A program made the position numbers and the translations under genes. Below, one piece after another: positions 48,551-55,191 of a stretch of 55,191 nucleotides of DNA. Numbering within the stretch: the first letter of the stretch is position 1; each line of letters opens with the position of its first letter. The notes under the pieces were generated by a model. That model ran no database searches and was not told the DNA's origin. It saw only the letters and a program-made list of their open reading frames with translations. This DNA comes from Kiritimatiellales bacterium (lineage in GTDB: Bacteria > Verrucomicrobiota > Kiritimatiellia > Kiritimatiellales > Pontiellaceae): assembly GCA_016744085.1 (NCBI GenBank), contig JADGFE010000001.1, forward strand, positions 1-55,191, written 5' to 3'.

Positions 48551-48723
48551 TAACTCGGTGGAGAACGGAGAGCAAACGGAGAATGTCGGTAGAAATCGAA
48601 CTACTAAATCGCGTTTTCAGGGTTGGGAGAATCACAGGGGCGCGGGAACTCGGCACATCACTTTTCAGACCGTCCGCGCAACGCCCTCAAGCAGTTACGG
48701 TTACGCTTAGTCGTTCTGAGGGG

Positions 48724-48757
48724 AAATAAAAACGACGAACTCGCAATGAGTTCGCCG
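48724..48757 (-). terminator. Terminator downstream of tRNA-Pro
   Basis: Minus strand CGGCGAACTC-ATTGC-GAGTTCGTCG followed by TTTTTATTT. Confidence 0.75.
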
Positions 48758-48767
48758 TAAAAAAGTA

Positions 48768-48844
48768 TGGTCGGGGCGACTGGATTTGAACCAGCGGCCT
48801 CTACACCCCCAGTGTAGCGCTCTACCAGGCTGAGCCACGCCCCG
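48768..48844 (-). tRNA. tRNA-Pro (anticodon GGG)
   Basis: CGGGGCGTGGCTCAGCCTGGTAGAGCGCTACACTGGGGGTGTAGAGGCCGCTGGTTCAAATCCAGTCGCCCCGACCA; 77 nt, cloverleaf, encoded CCA. Confidence 0.97.
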
Positions 48845-49040
48845 ATCGGATCAATTGTTTAGCAATTGAAGGCGCAGAACGTAGCATGACGGTTTTGGAG
48901 CGTCAACGTAGACCTGCTACAAAACTCGACTCAACTCCGCTTGCATTATAATGAACATATCGGGCCTGCTTACATCCAAGTCGCATATTCCATTCACTGT
49001 TTTCTTTTAAATACGCATTTGCCCCCTAAAATCAGCCGCT

Positions 49041-50768
49041 ATGAACAACATTCCAGAAATTCCCGATCAACAGCTTGAAAAATATTCTTCCGCAATCTCT
49101 CTATCAGATATGGAAATCTTTGTCTTTCCGGAACTGCTATACAGCCTGGTGCTGGCCAACATTATGTCGCCGCGTATCTGGGAGTGGAAAAGTCATGATT
49201 GGTTTGCCAAGCTGGATACGATGAAGCCGTACAAAAAAATTCAGCGGTTAAAGCAGTTCATTATCGATAACTATGAGTTTAATCTCGATCTTGATACGTG
49301 GGGTTTAACGACTAAAGAATCGGAAGTGGAGCGTTTTTCTCCTTACATGGATGAAGAGACGATCGGACAGTCGAATGCCCTGTTTGGGTATGCAGGTGAT
49401 AAGCATTATTTTTCGTTGGATATCCGGAAGCACTTTGGCCTCGATAAGTATAATTCGAATATTATCCCTTTCTGGAAAACGGAAACATTGGAGGCCATGG
49501 ATGCTTTTCGGCACAAGGATGACTATCGGGTGGGTGCCGGCGAATGTGTATCTCTTTCTACGCTTTATGCTGCGGCGCTCTACATTATCTGTGACATTCC
49601 TTTGGAGGATATTTTCCTGATTGCCACCCCGCTGCACTCGCAGAATTTTATTAATGTGAATGATGGCGTGCTGACGAATAATCGCCGGTTGGTCACCAAG
49701 AATATGTGGTTTAACGGGTCCGACCTTACCGCACGGGCGCAACGGGCATTGCGTAATGAACAGGTTACTATCGTAGCGAATAATACCGGATATATTCACA
49801 CGGTATATCCAGATGCAACGATTGCTCCCGAAAGCTTTGAGCTCTTCCGAAACAAGCTGGATACCTTTACAACAACCAATATCACGTTCGAGATCATGGC
49901 TAACTTCCTTCGCGAGCGATCTGAATTCCAGAAGTGCTTCCAGATTAAATATATCCGGCACGGGAAAGAACAGTATTTACCGATCGAACGAGCCTATGGA
50001 TACGAGCACGGTTCTCCCTATAAGGTATCCGATAAGGCCACGCGCGATAAACTGCTCGACCAGATCGATGAATATGATTTTTATACTGAACCTATTGAAG
50101 GACGTATTCAGCTGAATAAGCTTTCCGACTATCTTCAAAATAATCCGGTCTCACACTTTGATGAAGAGAGCATGCGGGGTCTGGCTGAAAAGATCGAATG
50201 CACTGGTGATATGGAACGAAAGATGTCCGTAATTGAAGGGCTGGTGGATTTTGTTCATCTGGATCCGGAGCTTCCGGAGATTGGAAACAAGACCTTCAAT
50301 GGCCCCGGCCCCATCGCCATTCAGCCCGGCATGCAGCGGGACGAAATTATTGCCTATCTCGATTCAATCAGAACAACGCACACGGTTGCCGATCTGTCAT
50401 TCTATTCGAGCCGTGATCTTGGTGTCACCCATTGGGAGCCTTTCTTGAAAGCCGCCTTAGAACGTAATCCGGTTATTGTCGTTGATACCCGTGAATTATC
50501 GGACAGCGATCTGATCCAACGCATACAGGAGATGACGAACGAATCAATTTATGACGGTTCGCGAATCGCCCAGCCCGATGAAGTATGGAATTTTCAGCGA
50601 GGCGATGGCCTAGAGCGCGCTATTGCCCTCTCGAATGTCTGGCGAGTGCGCTATCCTGAATCTAAAATCGAACTGTCTTCAAATGAGCAGGATGTCGACC
50701 TAAAAATGAACGGGCACGAACTCAAATTTGAGTCGACCAAAGGTTTAAACAAACAGGTCTCGTTATAA
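49041..50768 (+). CDS. Conserved hypothetical protein, possible transglutaminase-like fold
   Basis: 575 aa; GECVSLSTLY...PLHSQNF; C-terminal RGDGLERA. Confidence 0.75.
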   Translation: MNNIPEIPDQQLEKYSSAISLSDMEIFVFPELLYSLVLANIMSPRIWEWKSHDWFAKLDTMKPYKKIQRLKQFIIDNYEFNLDLDTWGLTTKESEVERFSPYMDEETIGQSNALFGYAGDKHYFSLDIRKHFGLDKYNSNIIPFWKTETLEAMDAFRHKDDYRVGAGECVSLSTLYAAALYIICDIPLEDIFLIATPLHSQNFINVNDGVLTNNRRLVTKNMWFNGSDLTARAQRALRNEQVTIVANNTGYIHTVYPDATIAPESFELFRNKLDTFTTTNITFEIMANFLRERSEFQKCFQIKYIRHGKEQYLPIERAYGYEHGSPYKVSDKATRDKLLDQIDEYDFYTEPIEGRIQLNKLSDYLQNNPVSHFDEESMRGLAEKIECTGDMERKMSVIEGLVDFVHLDPELPEIGNKTFNGPGPIAIQPGMQRDEIIAYLDSIRTTHTVADLSFYSSRDLGVTHWEPFLKAALERNPVIVVDTRELSDSDLIQRIQEMTNESIYDGSRIAQPDEVWNFQRGDGLERAIALSNVWRVRYPESKIELSSNEQDVDLKMNGHELKFESTKGLNKQVSL

Positions 50769-50769
50769 A

Positions 50770-51132
50770 ATGAAAAGAACAGTTTTGGTGGCACTTATTA
50801 TGGGATTTTTAGCTAATTTACTTTTTGGTGGAGGAACAGTTAGAACACAGAACATTCCGTCGCTGATTAAAGATGGCGCACTGGTGATTGATGTACGTTC
50901 TGCAGGAGAATTTTCTGGTGGACACATTGAAGGCTCCATCAACATTCCGCATACCGTAATTGCGAAGAAGATTGCCCAACACGAAACAGATAAGGCCAAA
51001 AGCATTATTGTCTATTGCAGAAGCGGCGCCCGTTCCTCCACTGCCAAGAAATCGCTCGAAGACAAAGGTTATACTAATATAATCAACGGCGGCGGCCTCG
51101 GTGACATGGAAAAGATCCTGAAAAAAGGTTAG
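50770..51132 (+). CDS. Rhodanese-like (PspE-type) protein
   Basis: VIDVRS..EF..GHI.GSINIP; VYCRSGARS. Confidence 0.92.
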   Translation: MKRTVLVALIMGFLANLLFGGGTVRTQNIPSLIKDGALVIDVRSAGEFSGGHIEGSINIPHTVIAKKIAQHETDKAKSIIVYCRSGARSSTAKKSLEDKGYTNIINGGGLGDMEKILKKG

Positions 51133-51140
51133 TCCGATTT

Positions 51141-52595
51141 TTACTGAATTATCGCTGCTTCTTCCTTAATCGGTTCAGGAGCATTCTTCTGTTTCAGGAA
51201 CAGCGCATAATAGTCATTTAGATCGTCAACCAGCAGTTCCAGTTTGATTTCGGCCCGCATGCTTTCAAATATTCTGCCGCGACCCATACAGGAAGCGCAC
51301 TTTGACCGTGTAGTACCTTTCCCTTCGCAAACCGCGCAATCACCGGATCCCTTGCAGGCTTCGCAATCACTCTTGGCTCCCAGTTTTTTCTTTGCCGTTC
51401 CTGTCCCCTCGCATTCGACGCAGGAGCCCTTTTTCTTTTCTTTTTTACAGGCGGTACAATCCTGCTCCAGATAGCCAATCGCTTTGCAGTCCGTACAAAC
51501 CTTGATATAATCCTCAACATTCAGAATTTTATTTTTAGGATAGAGGACCTCAATCATTTGATGAAACCGGTTCGCATCTTTCAGGCGTTCCTTCAGCATG
51601 GACTGCATAACGCAGGCGGCAAGAATGTTGGTGCCCATGGCTCCGGTATACTCTTTGGATAAATAGTAGGCTTCTGCATCCTCGTTGAGTCTGGGCAACG
51701 TGACAAAAACTACTTCAACACCTGTTGATGAGTCCTGAACCAGCGGAAGGTCCTCAACGGCTTCAACTCGCCGGTTTATGATCCTTGTAAGATGATCTCG
51801 GTTAACTTCACAATAGATTCGATCCAGCACCTGGCCGCGCCCCCGGCAATTTGAACAGATACGAATCATTGATTTTTCCCCTTCACACTCGGTGCACTCG
51901 CTTTCCCCCTCACAAACTTTGCAATCGGTATTTTTCTTACCCATGCCCTTCTTGTTCAGGCCGCTCCCCTCACACTCAAGGCATTCCCCTGAACCCTTGC
52001 AGACAAGGCAATCTTGCTCATATTCCCCTTTTCCTGCGCACTTAACACAGGTATCAAAAATCCGTTCCAGTTTAACCGCATCAATCTTGTAATCCCGCTC
52101 TTCGATGATTAGCAAATAGCGCTTGGCCTTCTCACGATTACCTGAAACCAGGCTCTGGAACATCGCCATAGTCAGAGCAATTTGTTTGGCTTCATCATCT
52201 GCGCCCTCTCTGAGCAACCACTCCTCGCCAGCATCGCTGAGCCCCGGGATCACCTTCAGAACCGATTCAAGACCATATCGATCATCCAGCACCACAGGAG
52301 CGACTTCCGGCTCAACCGGTTGCTCCTCAACCTCTTCACCAAGATATGCCGCCTTCCAATCACCGGTAAGCAATTGGTAATTCAGGAAATGCTGACCATC
52401 GTCATGAACAATCATAAGCCCCTGCGAACTACGACGCCAAACAAAAGCATTTTTCAGCACGGATCCATCCGGCAAGGTAAAATCAGCCACCGGTGTCTCG
52501 GTGAGCACAACCACCTCCGATGCCGCCGCAGCACCGACGATGAAAAATAAACTGAAAAGCGCAAAAACCAGATGCCGAATCATCACCAACTCCAT
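51141..52595 (-). CDS. Secreted protein with two DnaJ-type CXXCXGXG zinc-finger clusters
   Basis: Signal peptide; two internally repeated halves, each with multiple CxxCxGxG. Confidence 0.8.
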   Translation of the reverse strand: MELVMIRHLVFALFSLFFIVGAAAASEVVVLTETPVADFTLPDGSVLKNAFVWRRSSQGLMIVHDDGQHFLNYQLLTGDWKAAYLGEEVEEQPVEPEVAPVVLDDRYGLESVLKVIPGLSDAGEEWLLREGADDEAKQIALTMAMFQSLVSGNREKAKRYLLIIEERDYKIDAVKLERIFDTCVKCAGKGEYEQDCLVCKGSGECLECEGSGLNKKGMGKKNTDCKVCEGESECTECEGEKSMIRICSNCRGRGQVLDRIYCEVNRDHLTRIINRRVEAVEDLPLVQDSSTGVEVVFVTLPRLNEDAEAYYLSKEYTGAMGTNILAACVMQSMLKERLKDANRFHQMIEVLYPKNKILNVEDYIKVCTDCKAIGYLEQDCTACKKEKKKGSCVECEGTGTAKKKLGAKSDCEACKGSGDCAVCEGKGTTRSKCASCMGRGRIFESMRAEIKLELLVDDLNDYYALFLKQKNAPEPIKEEAAIIQ

Positions 52596-52671
52596 TATTG
52601 ATTGAATACAAGTAAGACAATGTACAAGATGTGTTATTCAAATCCAATTACGCATTAAACATTACGAATCC

Positions 52672-54819
52672 ATGAAAGTTGTCATTACAGAAAAACCGTC
52701 CGTTGCCCGGGATATTGCAAGCGTTCTTAAAATAACTGAAAAAAAGAACGGTTATATTGAAGGGCGAGGATGCACTATTACCTGGGCCTTCGGCCATTTG
52801 GTCACCCTGCTGGAGCCGGGCGAATATGATTCCGAAATGCGCAAATGGCGGCTCGACTCCCTCCCCTTCATTCCTGACGAATTTAAACTTAAGATTATTG
52901 AAAACCCCGGCGTATCCGAACAGTTTGAAACCATCAAACGACTTTGCCAGGAAGCCGAAGAAATTGTATGCGCCACAGATGCCGGGCGCGAAGGCGAACT
53001 GATTTTTCGCTATATCCTCGCGCTCAGCGGCTGCGAGGACAAACCGATCAAACGCCTCTGGCTCAGCTCCATGACCACCGATGCGATTAAGGAAGCCTTT
53101 AAGGATCTGAAAGACGGCCACGACTATGATCCGCTCTATGCCGCCGCCAAATGCCGCTCGGAGTCCGACTGGATTGTGGGCCTGAATGCCACACGACTCT
53201 TCACCGTCCGCCATGGACGCCTGGCATCGGGCGATGATCGGGTTCTGTGGAGTGTTGGCCGGGTGCAAACCCCCGTCCTTGCGATGATTGTTCAACGTGA
53301 TGACGAGATCGCTAAATTCCGCCCCAAGCCTTTCTGGGAGCTGACGACGAAATACCGTGATGTCGTTTTTAAATATACCGGCGACCGCTTTGAGCAACCC
53401 GCGAAAGCGCAGGAGTTACTGAATCAAATTACAGGCCAGCCCTTCACGATCAGCGCCGTAACCGGAAAACAGAAAAAAGAACAGCCTCCACAGCTATTCG
53501 ACCTGACAACGCTGCAGCGCGAAATTAACAAAAGCCATGGTCTCTCCGCTGCCGATACACTTTCGGCCACACAAAACCTTTACGAGTCCAAACTCGTTAC
53601 GTATCCGAGAACCGACTCGCGTTATCTCAGCGCTGACATGAAACCCCGAATTCCAAAAATACTGGAGCAGCTAAAACGGATTCGCGCAGAACAGATCGAG
53701 CCTCTGGATCCGGCAAAACTTCCGTTCACAAAACGGATCGTCGACGACAAGAAGGTCACCGATCACCACGCTGTTATCCCAACCGGCATGATTCCCGGCT
53801 CCATCGGCGCCAATGAACAGATCGTCTACGATGCCATCACTACGCAGTTCATTGCGGCGTTCTATCCGGTGTGTGTCAAAAAAATTACCACCGTCGATGG
53901 CGAAAGCGTCGAAGTTAAATTCCAGGCGAAGGGCACACAAGTCATAGAAGCCGGCTGGTCGGTTCTTTTCCCTAAAAAGAAAAAAAAGAAAAAAGCAGAA
54001 GACGGTACCGACGAAGAGCAAGCTCTGCCGGTTTTCGAAAAGGGCGAAAGCGGCCCGCATAAGCCGTCCACCCGCGAAGGCAAAACGAAACCGCCCAAAG
54101 CCTTTAATGAAAACTCCCTGCTTGGGGCCATGGAAGCCGCCGGGAAACTGGTCGACGACGACACCATGCGGGAAGCTCTCAAAGAACGAGGCATCGGTAC
54201 CCCCGCCACTCGGGCTGCTATTATTGAAACACTCCTTCGCCGTAATTATATCCGCCGCGAAAAAAAACAAATCCGAGCAACCGATATGGGATGCTGTCTG
54301 ATTGCACTGATTCAGGATCCTTTGCTTAAATCACCGGAAATGACCGGAGAGTGGGAAGAAAAACTTAAGCAGATCGAACGGGGAGAAGTACAGGCATCCG
54401 ATTTCATGGGCGGCATCTCTGACTACACCCGCAACCTTATTGAAAGCAGCACATCGGGCAAACTCGACACCAATCGCATCGGCGACTGCCCGCTGTGCGG
54501 AAAGGATGTGATCAAAGGAAAAACGGCCTATGGTTGTTCCGATTGGAAAGAGGGCTGTACGTTTATTCTAGCGGCTGAATATAAGGGATTAAAACTCACC
54601 AAAAATCAGGTTCAAGTGCTTCTACAATTGCGCGTTCTGCCCTACCCGATCCATATCGAAGATCAGCTTCGCCTGCTATTGCTCAGTACACAGCACGATT
54701 TAATGGATATTGACCTGCCCTCGGCCGACCGGCAAAAAAGTGAAAAAGACGACGGGCGACCGGCTAAGAAAACGAAGAATCCCCCGGCGAAACCGGGAGC
54801 GAAGCAACCCGCACCTTGA
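52672..54819 (+). CDS. topB: DNA topoisomerase III
   Basis: TEKPSVA, ATDAGREGELI, SVGRVQTP, TYPRTDS, GIGTPATRA; C-terminal zinc ribbon. Confidence 0.93.
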   Translation: MKVVITEKPSVARDIASVLKITEKKNGYIEGRGCTITWAFGHLVTLLEPGEYDSEMRKWRLDSLPFIPDEFKLKIIENPGVSEQFETIKRLCQEAEEIVCATDAGREGELIFRYILALSGCEDKPIKRLWLSSMTTDAIKEAFKDLKDGHDYDPLYAAAKCRSESDWIVGLNATRLFTVRHGRLASGDDRVLWSVGRVQTPVLAMIVQRDDEIAKFRPKPFWELTTKYRDVVFKYTGDRFEQPAKAQELLNQITGQPFTISAVTGKQKKEQPPQLFDLTTLQREINKSHGLSAADTLSATQNLYESKLVTYPRTDSRYLSADMKPRIPKILEQLKRIRAEQIEPLDPAKLPFTKRIVDDKKVTDHHAVIPTGMIPGSIGANEQIVYDAITTQFIAAFYPVCVKKITTVDGESVEVKFQAKGTQVIEAGWSVLFPKKKKKKKAEDGTDEEQALPVFEKGESGPHKPSTREGKTKPPKAFNENSLLGAMEAAGKLVDDDTMREALKERGIGTPATRAAIIETLLRRNYIRREKKQIRATDMGCCLIALIQDPLLKSPEMTGEWEEKLKQIERGEVQASDFMGGISDYTRNLIESSTSGKLDTNRIGDCPLCGKDVIKGKTAYGCSDWKEGCTFILAAEYKGLKLTKNQVQVLLQLRVLPYPIHIEDQLRLLLLSTQHDLMDIDLPSADRQKSEKDDGRPAKKTKNPPAKPGAKQPAP

Positions 54820-55191
54820 TTCTTTGCAGGAGTTTGTAATTCCGCCTTAAGGCGGTCATTTAGGAGCGGGTCAAGATAGACCAGAACATTTAATGCGCGG
54901 CATACTGGGCCGCCTAAATATTTCCGTTCACCGCGGATCGTAATCCCGACCTCTTGCTCGTCTTTTAAAATAGGGTCGAGAAGCGACACTCCCTGTTTTT
55001 TTTTAATTCATTTGCCGTAATGGTCGTCAGATGAAGACTCTCCTATAGAACATTTTCAAGAGCACTTTCTGTAAATCCTAACGGGTGTTATTAGGTATGC
55101 GTCTCTTCGGCGACCGCCTTGACAGGACTACGCGTTCTGAGTTTCGCGGGATGTTTTCCACTGAGCTGGCGTCCAACTGGCAGCCTCCGCC

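Larger units (their letters stand above)
5000..48767. mobile_element. Composite genomic/defence island adjacent to tRNA-Pro 3' end; left boundary uncertain
   Basis: Tyrosine and serine recombinases, two ATPase-methylase modules, SSB, several defence systems and patchy base composition; no att duplication found by eye. Confidence 0.7.

Noticed and set aside
48463-48729. ORFs 48463-48729 and 48525-48710
   Set aside because: No recognisable motifs; they overlap the repeat array and the tRNA terminator region.
54663-54989. 108-aa minus-strand ORF
   Set aside because: Overlaps the topB 3' end by 157 nt and has no recognisable motif.

Overview
This 55-kb bacterial window looks PVC/Kiritimatiellota-like in protein style, which is inference only. 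It is mostly a composite accessory island abutting the 3' end of tRNA-Pro(GGG) at 48768-48844 (minus strand). From left to right it holds: (1) the 5' part of a secreted SpvB/FG-GAP/TcB-type (RHS-associated) protein that runs off the window and is missing from the ORF track; (2) mobile module A, with a HerA/DUF87-like ATPase, a Dam-type methylase, a tandem wHTH protein, a tyrosine integrase with a zinc ribbon, an HNH nuclease and SSB; (3) a surface-protein cassette; (4) mobile module B, with an XRE regulator, unknown paralogs, an ATPase-wHTH, a PD-(D/E)xK nuclease, a second Dam-type methylase, DUF2924 and a large serine recombinase; (5) a defence cluster with TerY-P, a membrane protein-MFS-polyprenyl synthase triad, and one co-oriented minus-strand run of IetA, IetS, LRAT, a small TM protein, CHAT, Avs3a, Avs3b and a HicB-like protein. 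Between ietA and the tRNA lies an unexplained non-coding array of four degenerate ~48-bp hairpin repeats at a 75-bp period with unique spacers. Right of the tRNA are ordinary chromosomal genes: a conserved hypothetical, a rhodanese, a CXXCXGXG protein and topB. All family calls come from motif recognition; no searches were run.
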